A stretch of DNA of 64,000 bases from an uncultured delta proteobacterium (GTDB lineage Bacteria > Desulfobacterota > Binatia > UBA9968): NCBI GenBank assembly GCA_963804165.1, contig CAWDPO010000001.1:96001-160000 (forward strand). The letters are read 5' to 3'. The notes below the pieces were generated by a model. The model worked only from the letters and a program-made list of their open reading frames with translations. It did no database searches and was not told where the DNA came from. Positions 30,090 through 41,007 of the stretch are shown here, piece by piece; position 1 is the first letter of the stretch, and each line of letters starts with the position of its first letter. A program made the translations under genes and the position numbers.

Positions 30090-32493
30090 TCAGGTTTCAA
30101 ATACATAAACCTGCAGGAGCCCGAACGGAGCGAACTCCTCAACCTTGGCCCGTAAACTGTCGAGCCTAATGGGATTCAACAGACTGCTGAAGGCCCCTAT
30201 TTCAGATTTGTTTTCCGCGCCCCGCCGCAGAAACTCCGGCGCGCTCTCCGCCAGTTGCGCATAGCCGGGTTGGCCAAAAATCAGCGAAGTAAACGCGCCA
30301 TCGAATTCCCTCACAAAATATGATTCATACGGGTGGGGCACCCGACTGTGTGGCGAGGCGGGATTCAGCGGGTCCTGCCGTTCCAGTACGGCGCTGAAAC
30401 GGAAACAACCTTCCTGTGTGTTGGTTACGTTCGTGAATCCGGTAATCAAAGTTTCTGAGGCGTCGAGCCACTCGACTTCAACCTCACCAAAAACGGTGAC
30501 GCTTCGCATGGTCGACGCGTCCCGCCGGCACGGAGATCACTGGCGCCGCGGAGTGCTGGCCATCGATGATGGAATCGCGAATTTCGAGATTGGTAAGCTC
30601 GCCCGCGCCTTCGACACCGAACCGGGCCGACAATCGAATTCTCGATGATGAGTTTCTCGACGTTTCCGCGGATGCTCAAAGGCACGGGCATGATGGGATT
30701 TCCGGCTGCATCAACACCCCCCGGATCAAGCGTCATATGACGAAGGGTAACGCGCTTGTAATCACCTATCAACTGGATCTGAGAATGCACCGGTTGCGCC
30801 AATCCACAGCCCGTCGAGCGTGAGCTCGGAGTCGACGTTTGCCGATGTATTCAGTAGCCAGTTATGCGTCAAGCGCAGATAGGGCCGCCTGCGATTGGCC
30901 GCGCGGAATTCGAGCTGAGTGATCTGATTGCGATTGTCGATTGGCGTGTAGTTAGCAGAATCGCGAACCTCGGCAACATCTCGGATCGACGCCCCCTGGC
31001 GGGAGGAAGTTCGGCTCCGCCTGGAACCGTCGTTTGAATGGCCCCGCCACCGCTGATCACGCGCGTGACCGCGGCCGTTAGTGCGTACCTGCGCGATCAT
31101 AACCGCCGGCTCCGATGTCTCGCGGAGAAGCCGTAGTGATAACTGACGAGCGGCTGTGGCGCCGCGCCGCCTCCAACCCAGCGCAAGCGGCCGCGTCTTA
31201 GGATCGATGACCCAATCTTTCGCGACGCCGGCTAATGCTCGCCGTATAGTTTTCCAGGTCGCCCCCAACGATCAACTCTCGGGCTGCTGGAACAAAGCGC
31301 GGGAATACAGATCATTCCGAAATCGTCTTCACTACAACAGAAGCGTCGGATGTATCCTGCTGCCGTCGTGCTCGGCGCTGTATCTGCTGCATAAACGCCG
31401 ATCGGAAGCAGCGCTCGTTTGCCGCATCGTCGATCGAGCGGCAACCAGGAGTGGATTCCAGACCAGAGGATTGCGTAGCGCGCTGATCACGCAGTGGTGC
31501 CGGCAAGCGCCGCGGAGATCTGAAACAGCCGCGCCTCGCTTGGAATGCGTTGCTGATGGAATCTACGCAACAACGCGAGGATCACATCCGCATTGCGGGC
31601 GTAAGGGAAATTGGGGGGCACGTAAGAATGGGATTGAGCCGGCCAGAGACCTGTTCCGTGATGACAAACTCGGCATGATTCAGGACGACGACAACGCATA
31701 GGCGACGGGGACTTCCCATTCCTTTGCGGATATCCAGTCTTCCCAATCAAAACGTTCGCGATCGTCGGTGCGATGACGCCGCGCATAAATAGAGGTATGT
31801 CGCGTCCTGAAGGATCAAAAGTAAATGTGTCCGGCCAGCGGACCAGGCCGCGGCGTGATGTCGTCAAGTCGGGTTGACTTAGGCGGTAGAGATGAAAGCC
31901 GAGCTTCGCGATTCCGTAGCGGCCATCGCGTCCCCGAGGTCGTCTGACGTCGGCGTGTGATGAAACTCATCAAACGGCGAGTCGGCCAACTCGGCGCCAT
32001 GTGCACTCCGAGATTGGCCCAACCGCCTGGCAGCGTTCCGGTAAGTAAACCCGCAAGCGGCGCGGGATGCGGATCTAAGCCATGACGCGTACGGCCCAGC
32101 CGGCGAAACTCCTCGACGAGCTTGCCTTCCCAACCCGTGATGTCGGCGATGAGTTCTTCAAGAATACGCGGAGTGCCGGCGCGCCGGCGGTAGTAGATCG
32201 TCTTCGCTACATCGACTCGACGCGCGCGCGGATTCAACGCCGAAACCAATCGAGTGGCGACAAGTTCGCCGATGATATGGAACGGCCCAATCCGCACACA
32301 GATCAATGAATTGTCGTCCCACAGTCGATCATTACTGCGACGCAACGTCGCCGCCTGTTGCGCGAGCACTTCAACGAATCCGCGCAGAACTCCCGGCGGT
32401 TCAGCCAGCCCATCTTCTTCGCGATAGTATTCCGGGATCAGCGCCCAGAGTCTTCTCCGCGTAGTAACGGTCAAAATGATCGTGACATGCCAT
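30090..32493 (-). CDS. eCIS tail/baseplate wedge protein (P2 gpI-like N-terminus), many frameshifts
   Basis: LWALIPEYYREEDG, RVDVAKTIYYRRRAGT, AIDPK-GR-like segment, LRHMTLDPG, FGQPGYAQL, GAENKSEIGAF, VEEFAPFGL. Confidence 0.78.
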
Positions 32494-32521
32494 CACTCTC
32501 CCTCCCATTCAGGAGAGACGG

Positions 32522-34943
32522 TTAGTGAAATCGAAGTAGTACCGGCCGGCGGCTTAATTCCGTAGTTCTGAAAACGGTGTTGAATCGAAAGTCGAGTCCG
32601 GTAACGGAAACGACGCCGGTGAGGTGCAGCAAGAACTCAAACAGCTGGCTGCGGAACAATGGTTTGCCGATACCCAGCCGTTCAGGTGGCAATAATCCGG
32701 TCTCAACATCCATCAATGCTGTGCGTGCAGCAGACAACACTTCGTCTTCAAATCGTTTTGGATCGTGAGTTAGTTGAATCGAAAGGTTTGCGACCGAGCA
32801 ACTGCGCGCTCGACCTGAATTGGCGTGTCCGGCTGAGTCAAACCACGCAGGTGGCCCAGAATGAGCGCGGTGAGATCTCCGTCTGCGAGATACCAAACGT
32901 GCGCTGCGGGCACTTGAAGCTTCCGAACTCCAACGCCATTCAGCCGCGACAGCGCGAACTCCGGCATAACTCGCAGCGGCCGCTCCAAGGTCGGCAAGCG
33001 ACACAGCGCGGCCGAACAGCAACGCCGATCGTGGCGCAAACTTCTGGAAACTGTTTGCCGGTTCTTCATCTGCTCCACCATATGGAGCACAGGACTGAAC
33101 GAACGCTCTTCAAGCCCTTTACCGGTTTGGCAATTGCTTGATCGAATCGGTCGGAGGCATCTTCGCGCCCGCCGCCATGACGATAGTAGCCAACAACGGA
33201 TGAGCCAGTGTTTAGTCGCTTTCCTGTACTCCATCTCCAAACGTGACAACGCTTTCGTTCTTGTCGTTCTGACGGACAATGTAGATCTGCGCGTCTTCTT
33301 CTTGATCCGTAAAAACTCTTCACCTCAGTCCACTGCAACCCATCAACGTAAACTTTCAAGCTACTGGTTAAGCCCGAGGGTGTACTTTCTGAGGGCGACG
33401 GAAGGTAGGTGACCGGACTCTTCTTCAGCGTGAAACTTTGATTGGCGATTGAACGATCACCGGTGCCCAGCACCTCGCCGTTAACAGTTTCGCCGCGGGA
33501 AGTATGGATAACATTGCCGAATAGTCTGAGCGGCGTGGCCAAAGACATGGGCCATGGATCACCCTGAATAGAAAACACTCCGTTTGCGAAATTCAAACTT
33601 CCGGGCCGAAGCACTCCCCAAACCGTTTATGTCTTCAAGTTCAAATTCACCTGGTAGCGATGAATCGCGCGGCTGATCGAGCGGCGTTTGGACCCTCAGT
33701 GAATTCGTGTGAGTAATTTCCGTGAGAGATTCGACGGTTATCGTTCCTGCCGGTACAAACGTATGATGAACGATTAGTTCAACGGCTTGTGCGCTGCCGA
33801 AATTGATTGACGGTGTCTCAATCCTGGTTGTCTGGGCGGTAATCGCCGGAATCGGCACCCTCGCGATTAATACTCCGGGCGCGGTGCCGCCATCGCGAAT
33901 CTCGGTCGTCGAGGCTGCTTGCAAAGTTATCGCGGCAACTTCGACTTTGGTGATCGCCCTGGCCGCAAGCAGAGGTGGTCCTTCAACAATGATGTTGTCG
34001 CCGGTCCGGAAGAAGGGGGAGACCGAGTCCAACAGTATGAACGACGTGCCCGAAGTGGTCCCGAATCCACCGGTCGTGCGCGACCACACTGCTGACGTAG
34101 CGGTTGGCTTAGTAAGTTCAACGTCACTGACACTCAAGTTACCCGGAACTGGAAGTGCATCCTCTAGAGTTACTGCGGTGTAGGTCAGATGGTCCGCGCC
34201 TTCATGATCCTCTACACGCGTCACCCGGCTCGGGTAATTCTCGGAAAGTATTCGGAGAGCAACGATGTCACCTTCTTCAACTGATACGCTTCCGGCTTCA
34301 AACAGGAACGTTGATTGGTAATGGTTGTACAGTCCGAACGTGTTAGGTCGAACCGGTAAAAACGTCCATTCATTCAAGAGCGGATGAATCGTCGTCGCCC
34401 TGTCGAGTTCAAACACCTGAGGCGGATTTCCTTCGAACGCTCCGGATCTGAAAGCAGTGCCAACAGGCAGAGTCACTACCTGACGCCCATCTGCAAATGC
34501 GGCGAGCTCGGCCAGTGCAGCTACAGCAGGCCGCGGAAGGTAACCGAGTGGTGCGACCAGTTTTCGCAGCGACTCCCGTCGCCGTGCGGTGCGTACATAC
34601 GACTCATGTGCAAGTACGTCGTCATAGAACGAAGTGAGGTCGCACACGTAAGCCCACATTTCAAGCAGCATCATTCCAAAATCTTCCGGATGACGGCCAC
34701 GCCAGGCGCCTATCGCGGAGAGTGTCTCTCTTCAAGCCATTGCGATCGCGTTCAATCAGAAACCGCAAGGACCAAAGTGGATGATTCCCGAGTGAGGCGG
34801 TAGTTCGAATCGAAATTGCACGCAGCAATGCCCGCCGAAATTCCGCAAACGTGCCTGTTTGACGTGGCAATTCGGTGAGTCCGGCGACGATTGAGTTTAG
34901 GCGGGAAAGTAAAGATCGTCGCAGATGCAGTTTGTTCTGCCAT
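32522..34943 (-). CDS. Baseplate J-like protein 2 (Afp11/12-like), multiple frameshifts
   Basis: MLLEMWAYVCDLTSFYD, ESYVRTARRRESLRKLV, GNVIHTSRGETV.GEVLGTGD, GRAVSLAD; end coordinate approximate. Confidence 0.82.
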
Positions 34944-37579
34944 GCGCACCTCCCTCCATCACTAGTCTGACTGCTCCCCGTTCAGGCAACTCTCGATTGT
35001 TTTCGACGCGAATGATTTCGTCGTGCGCGACGTGTAGACCAATTCGTCGAAGAGTCGCTTGGGAAACCAGCCACGACGACGGATGTAAATCTCTTCAACT
35101 GCGCGAACGCCTGGAACAGCTTGAATCGCAGCTTCCAGGCGTGCTCGTTCCAACGGAGTCGCCGAACGTCCAGTTGTCTGGAGAAAAGAAACCAGGACGT
35201 GGTCTAACACCACGTTGACCGAACAACGCTTCAAGCACAGCTTCCTTCACATCGCCAATGTACGAAGTCGGAGCAACGCAGATATGAATCTCCAGATCCA
35301 GATTCGCGAACTTGGGATTCAGTCCATAAGTCTCGCGTCCCGCAAGTCTGTAGCGATTGAGTTGACGTTCGAGGTCGATGCGTTGTTCTTCTGTTAACGT
35401 GAAGCTGCCTTTTGGATCTGGAGTCGCGAAGAGCGTGAGCCAACTTCCAGTCCAACGGAACTGCGCGCCAGCACGTTGTACCCATCTGAGTTTCTCGACG
35501 GCAGCTGCGTAGTCTTCGGCGCGCACCGCGCGAAACGTCTCAGCGCGAAACGCGTCTGGTGCGACATGTCGAACGTCAGCAAAGGATTCGGGATCTACCG
35601 CATTCGCAAGACCAAACTGGAGATCATCAGCCGCAAATTCATTGTCAGTAATGCCGAGTGGATTTGTGACCGCGATAACGAAGGTGAGCGGCGCCGCGGG
35701 ATCGAATTCAGTGAGCGAGTTTGCGCCGACGTTGTCACCTCGACCTCTGCCAAGTCGATAAACAGTGCGAAACTGCATCCCTCGTGTTGGTTGTTCTCCA
35801 AACAGATCGTTACCAAACTGAACACTCGCACCACGGCCGTTGGCATAATCGAAATGCACAAACTCCTGGACCGTATCGGTTTCATCGACACGGCGATAAG
35901 AAGAAACACGTCGCCACGAACCATCGTCGATCGTGAAGTGTTTGTCGGTAGGCAGAGAGGAACTAACACCCAACATCGCTCGTTTCCACTCCCACTCGCT
36001 GTCGGTCACCCAGTTCCCGAGCACACGTGTTCCATCCATAACCCGCACTTCAGGAGACGCATGTTCAAGCGTAGGACCGTGCGACACCACATCACGTTCT
36101 TCCGATCCGGGAAGCGTGAAAAGTAGAGCGGAACGTTCAACTGCGAACGCAGAAAAGTTCTCGTTGTACAAAGTGTTCGTGGTTGGCAAGTGTGCCGGCT
36201 GCAAAGGCGGCAGCAATGCGGCCTGCGGATTTGGTTCGATCTCGAAAAAGGCTTCGAGCGTTTCTCCCGCCGTTGCCGGAACGATGTTGCCGCGAACGAC
36301 TAGTGTTGGCAGCTCCATTTCGAACGGCAGCGCGTATGCAGGATCCCATTCCAGTCGTGTGAGGTTCGTGCCGGTGAGTGGATCCACCAACGTCGCGCCG
36401 GCATCGTCGACTTTGATCAAACGAACCAACCAGGTTCGTACCGGCACACTTGCATCGACTGGATTGGTTTTTAGTATTACCCATTTCCCACGAACTTGCG
36501 GATTGGTGAAATCATCGAGCGGAAGATCGTTTTGGTGATGACCTGTGACATGTAAAAAAGTAGAGCCGACTAACAGGCAGGTATCGTTTTCATCCCACTG
36601 ATACGCCGTAAGTTCGTTTGCGGCATTGCGTAGCTCAAAATCCGACGTTGGATAGAGGTTGCTCTGCGAAGGCAACACGCCGAGCGGCGGCGTTAGTCCC
36701 TTGTGACCTTGAACAATTCCATGTCCTACTTCATACACTGATGGACTTCGGTGACGTCGATCTGCAAGCGTCTCTCCCGGTACAGCAGCTGGCGGCGGTA
36801 CCCATACTGGCGTGCCTGCAGAGACAATGTGCACAGCCGCCGAAGCATCAACCGTGAAATCAAGCCACGTCGCAGCACCCTTGCCGTCGTGGACGTGGTA
36901 ATCAAGCAATCGCGCCTGACGACGAATCGATCGGCGCTGTGTTGCGGATTCAAAATAGCGCTTCGCGCGAAATGCGATCCTGGTAATAGGCAAACTCGTC
37001 GCCGACAGCGCTCATTAACTCGGTGAGCATCATGCCGACATCAGCTTCAAGCCGATCTTTCCATTGCGGATGCCAGTCCGAAGCGAAATCCAGCAGCGCC
37101 TGCCGAATACTCCAGAAGTCGCGGGCCAGATAGTTCACCGGGTAGTCGATCAACGTATCTTCAGGACACTCGTGAGGCCGCGCTTCACAATCAAGCTCGC
37201 TCGGACAATTCGCCTTGAAACTGAACCCGACTCTACTGAAATACGGATCGACCAATGGACTGGTGAGCTGAAATTCATAACGTGAGAAGTCGCCGGGCTG
37301 TGAGGTAATCACGCGTAAAACTCGCCTGCCAAAACGTGTGACCCACGTCGGAGGAAAATTCGGATTGAGCGGCACAACCGGCAATGACTCCCCGCCACTT
37401 GGACTGATAATCTTGATCTGAGAAGGCTGGACCACACCAAGGATCTGTTCAGCATTCAACGTCGCGTTCGGATGAAATAACACAAACAACGTCGTCTGGT
37501 TTTCGCGGACAAAGATAAAGTCGATGCCCACGATGTCGTCGCGCCCGCGAAGATTCTCGATGCGATCGATTGCAGCCAT
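34940..37579 (-). CDS. Baseplate J-like protein 1 (Afp11-like), 2-3 frameshifts
   Basis: NYLARDFWSIRQALLD, EADVGMML, YYQDRI, SATQRRSIRRQARLLDY, QFGNDLFGEQP, RAVRAEDY, FRWTGSW, FFSPDNWTFG. Confidence 0.85.
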
Positions 37580-37581
37580 GA

Positions 37582-37959
37582 TTAACGAGTCACTTCCAAA
37601 TTCAGATAACGGCGTTCGCCACGTGCTTTGAGCGTGTAGGCAATCTTGATTTCCAGTCGTTCATCGATCGCCAGAGCCTTTACATCGTTAACGTCAATTG
37701 CTGAGCCCAGCCAATTGGTGAGTGCTTGATAAATCGTTACCTGAGCCAACGACGCCGATACTTCACTGTTAGGGGCAAACACCAGTCGCTTTATCCCGCA
37801 GCCGAAATCCGGTCGATTGACTCGCTCGCCGGGCGCTGTGAAAAGAACCTGGAACATCATCTGCTCGATGTGCTCAGCGTAGTTCTCTTCTTCGGCTAAA
37901 CGTCCGCGGCCGAGATCAACCGCGAAAGGATGTCGTATGCTGGTGAATGGTTCGGCCAT
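37582..37959 (-). CDS. GPW/gp25 baseplate protein (Afp9-like)
   Basis: QVLFTAPGERVNRPDFGCG; start MAEPF at 37959. Confidence 0.92.
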   Translation of the reverse strand: MAEPFTSIRHPFAVDLGRGRLAEEENYAEHIEQMMFQVLFTAPGERVNRPDFGCGIKRLVFAPNSEVSASLAQVTIYQALTNWLGSAIDVNDVKALAIDERLEIKIAYTLKARGERRYLNLEVTR

Positions 37960-37961
37960 CG

Positions 37962-38306
37962 CTATAGGCTCTTCACTTTCGGTTGCGTGTTTACCTTCAT
38001 CACGAGTCCCTGGGGTAACTGTTGCGCGTTCTGGCAAAGACCGATGCTGCTCATGCTCAGAGTTGGCGTGCTATTAACTTTCGCGCGCATATCAGTCAGG
38101 ATCCAACGAACGGTCAAACATGGGCTGGGAATCGTGGTGACGCCCGCAGGAATCTGAAAAGGGCATCCGGAGATCAAATACTGATCATTCGCCAATGCTC
38201 CGAATGCGCCACCAACCTTCACCCGACTGTTCGTGGTAATGATCTGGACCGATCCTCCGTGCGGACACATCAGAGTTGAACTCACGTTGAGAGTGTTTCC
38301 AGCCAC
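37962..38306 (-). CDS. PAAR-like (DUF4280-like) spike tip
   Basis: LMCPHGG, ISGCPF, PSPC, GLC; positioned after the gp5-like gene. Confidence 0.8.
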   Translation of the reverse strand: MAGNTLNVSSTLMCPHGGSVQIITTNSRVKVGGAFGALANDQYLISGCPFQIPAGVTTIPSPCLTVRWILTDMRAKVNSTPTLSMSSIGLCQNAQQLPQGLVMKVNTQPKVKSL

Positions 38307-38309
38307 TGC

Positions 38310-38867
38310 TTATGTAACCTCCCATGCGCCGTTGTTAACCTTCACAGTCGCCGCAGTGACTTCGACTTTTCCAGCTGACAATTCACTGACGACACCTTTC
38401 GAGCTGATAGTATGTTTAGCGTTGCCCTTTTGACTCTTGATGTCTTTCGCGAGCGTCACTGTCGATTTGCTGGTTGTCGCGAGTTTCATTTCGTCGTTCT
38501 GATCGTCGATTCGCAGCGTCAACTTTTCCGTTTTCCAAATCTTGATCGGAGCGCCGCCCGGGTCTGGTAATTCGTTATCAGCCCAGAAACATCCACTCCA
38601 GATTGGATAACTGGGATCGCCAGCTTCGAATTCGACCCAAACACCCGTTCCGTTTTCCGGGAGACTGTAGAAGCCGACTTTCTTGCCTGCGTAAGGAACA
38701 CAAGGCATGGCCCACGACTCGACGGTGCCGAGAACCGCGGGCACGCTGACTTTCAAACGCCCGCGATTAGTCGGATCGGCGTTGTCAGTTACGGTGCCGC
38801 GATACTTTCCGAAAAAGTGACCGCGGATCCACATGTAACATTGTTGAGTTAGGTCATCGCCATACAT
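38310..38867 (-). CDS. Baseplate assembly protein V / gp5 OB-fold spike (C-terminal half of VgrG/Afp8)
   Basis: FFGKYRGTVTDNADP...GRLKV, WAMPCVPYAG, VWVEFEAGDPSYPIW. Confidence 0.92.
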   Translation of the reverse strand: MYGDDLTQQCYMWIRGHFFGKYRGTVTDNADPTNRGRLKVSVPAVLGTVESWAMPCVPYAGKKVGFYSLPENGTGVWVEFEAGDPSYPIWSGCFWADNELPDPGGAPIKIWKTEKLTLRIDDQNDEMKLATTSKSTVTLAKDIKSQKGNAKHTISSKGVVSELSAGKVEVTAATVKVNNGAWEVT

Positions 38868-38871
38868 AACG

Positions 38872-39936
38872 TTACTCCGCCCATCCGTTGCGGATTAGAT
38901 CGAATTCCATGAAGTGTTCTGCTGAGTCGATCGAATGTCGCACTGCTGAACAAAACCAGGTGCCACTGTGGCGAGTACCGACGCCACGAAGATTCACAAG
39001 AGTGTGTGATCGCAAAACTTTCTTAAGGGCACTGAAAGTCGTCGTACCGGTCGCGCGCAAAAAGAAACCTGCATCGATGAGTGTTCCCTCGTTGCGCGCT
39101 TGCAGATCTCCGTTGTCGTCAACCGGCGCGTAAACATGGGCAACGCGAGAGCCGGCGGCGATCGTGGAAAGATCAGTGCCACCGAGAGCTGTCAACGGCG
39201 ACCGTTGAACTGATCCGCTAAGGTTCGACTTCGTGTTTAAGTCGACCTCCGTTGAATTCGTCGACGTCGCCCTCTCCACGTCAAAAGTGATATCGAGGTC
39301 AGTAACGTTGAACTTCGGATCGGTGAGATTGATGATCAAATCGCATTCTGGCTCGCCATCGAACTTGGGACGTTTAAAGTGCGCGGTCTCAATCCCAAAC
39401 TCGTCGCAGGTGACCCAGAAATGAAATCCGTTGCGGCGCGCGAGACGCCGTATGAAACTCAAGTCTGTCTCGCGTTGAACCAATGTGTGTTTCATCTCCA
39501 TGTGTCCCGCCTGCGTTGTTTCAACATCGGGAAGAAGGCCCGCTTCCGAGAGAATCGAGGAGACGGCAGCGCTATCCGTTAGATTGCTCCACGCAACTGC
39601 CTTGTCTTCACGGTCGAGCTTGATTAGCGAATCCGCGCCCTGCACCGACAGAGTGGAACCGGAACCGCCCTGTTTGAATTGAATCTGTTGACCGTAAACA
39701 GGGCCTTTCACAAGACAGGCTGTGGTCGCGTCCGTTGGCACAAGCACCGAGATCTCAGAACCTGGACCAACACTCGCGTCCTTCAGCAACGGAAAGTCGC
39801 CGTCAGCTATGTCGAAGCTGTATTCAAGGCGATACTGCGTTGGTTCACCGACGCATTCAGTGACCTCAACGAACGCAGCACTCGCCGCTGTTTCGTTCGG
39901 CGCTCCGTTCACTCTGATCGCTACTCCGAGTCCCAT
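38872..39936 (-). CDS. Phage late control D / gp27-like hub (N-terminal half of VgrG/Afp8)
   Basis: QRETDLSFIRRLARRNG, LRGVGTRHSGTW...VRHSI. Confidence 0.9.
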   Translation of the reverse strand: MGLGVAIRVNGAPNETAASAAFVEVTECVGEPTQYRLEYSFDIADGDFPLLKDASVGPGSEISVLVPTDATTACLVKGPVYGQQIQFKQGGSGSTLSVQGADSLIKLDREDKAVAWSNLTDSAAVSSILSEAGLLPDVETTQAGHMEMKHTLVQRETDLSFIRRLARRNGFHFWVTCDEFGIETAHFKRPKFDGEPECDLIINLTDPKFNVTDLDITFDVERATSTNSTEVDLNTKSNLSGSVQRSPLTALGGTDLSTIAAGSRVAHVYAPVDDNGDLQARNEGTLIDAGFFLRATGTTTFSALKKVLRSHTLVNLRGVGTRHSGTWFCSAVRHSIDSAEHFMEFDLIRNGWAE

Positions 39937-39940
39937 TTGC

Positions 39941-40216
39941 TTACTTTCCCTTTACTGGAATCTCTACTTCTCGCGCTTCCGTTAATGCTTCAGGCAACAT
40001 CACATCGTTCTGTTCAGCGATGCGCCAGAAGCCAGCGGGATCATTCGTATACTTGGCAGACAACAGATCCATCCGTTCACCTTGCTTTAACAAATGAATT
40101 CCGAGCAGTACTTGATCTGGTGGTGGTGGCGGTGCAACTACAGTCACTAATCGACCGCGCTTGTCGGTCACCACGTAGGTTTCCGCTTTTAGATATCTAC
40201 TCTTTGGATCGAACAT
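39941..40216 (-). CDS. LysM/tail-X-like small protein
   Basis: MFDPKSRY...GERMDLLSAKY..DP..FWRIAEQN. Confidence 0.85.
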   Translation of the reverse strand: MFDPKSRYLKAETYVVTDKRGRLVTVVAPPPPPDQVLLGIHLLKQGERMDLLSAKYTNDPAGFWRIAEQNDVMLPEALTEAREVEIPVKGK

Positions 40217-40227
40217 AGATCTGTCCC

Positions 40228-41004
40228 CTATGTCGGCAGCATTCCGATTATCGATTCGACACTGTTTGCGAGATTGGCAGTTGCTAATGCTTCTTTTTGT
40301 GCTTGCGTGAATTTGTAACAGAGCTTCGCGAAGTCAACGATCAGCGACTGTCCAGGATCACCGGCCACATTCACGAGGTGGTTCTCATTGAGCACCGTTA
40401 GGCCAAGTGATACCTTCGCTCGTATCGGATAGAGCAATGGTGAATACTGCTGTTCTTCAACTGAGAAGCTCGTGATGCGGACAGGAACGATGCGACCAGG
40501 CCCCCAGAAGAAAAGCACGACCGGTACTTGCAGCTTCGGCACGACATCAGCCGCAGTTCCGAGACCACCGATGCTGACGCCGCCCGTAAGCGAAACACTT
40601 ACAGATACGTTGAGCAATCCGGCTAGCGCACTTGGTCCAGGCGGATAACAAAGCATCTCCATCGCTGAGATACGATCAGCAACACCGGCGATGGTCGCGA
40701 TCGGATGCGTACTCGGCTCTTCCAAAGCGTCGGCGGCATCCAATTCGAGAGTAAGACTGAATGTTTCCTGCGGATCGAATGGCTGGGCCAACTCGTTAAG
40801 AAACTCCGCTGCAGCTTTGTCTGCCGCTTCCTTGCTCTCGTAAGTGATCTTTTCCTTCGGCTTCCACGGGACAACCTGGCGCGTCATCGTTTCAGGGTTG
40901 TACTGAAAGATGATGATGTTCGGGATGGGCACCAGCATCGGCGCTGAGAATTGAATCAGCGCGCCTTTGAGAAGTTTTGGACTTCTTGTGAATCCGTTCG
41001 CCAT
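40228..41004 (-). CDS. CIS tube-initiator protein (Afp7/Pvc7 N-terminal-like)
   Basis: FQYNPETMTR, LFFWGPGRIVPVRITSFSVEE, PIRAKVSLGL. Confidence 0.85.
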   Translation of the reverse strand: MANGFTRSPKLLKGALIQFSAPMLVPIPNIIIFQYNPETMTRQVVPWKPKEKITYESKEAADKAAAEFLNELAQPFDPQETFSLTLELDAADALEEPSTHPIATIAGVADRISAMEMLCYPPGPSALAGLLNVSVSVSLTGGVSIGGLGTAADVVPKLQVPVVLFFWGPGRIVPVRITSFSVEEQQYSPLLYPIRAKVSLGLTVLNENHLVNVAGDPGQSLIVDFAKLCYKFTQAQKEALATANLANSVESIIGMLPT

Positions 41005-41007
41005 GAA

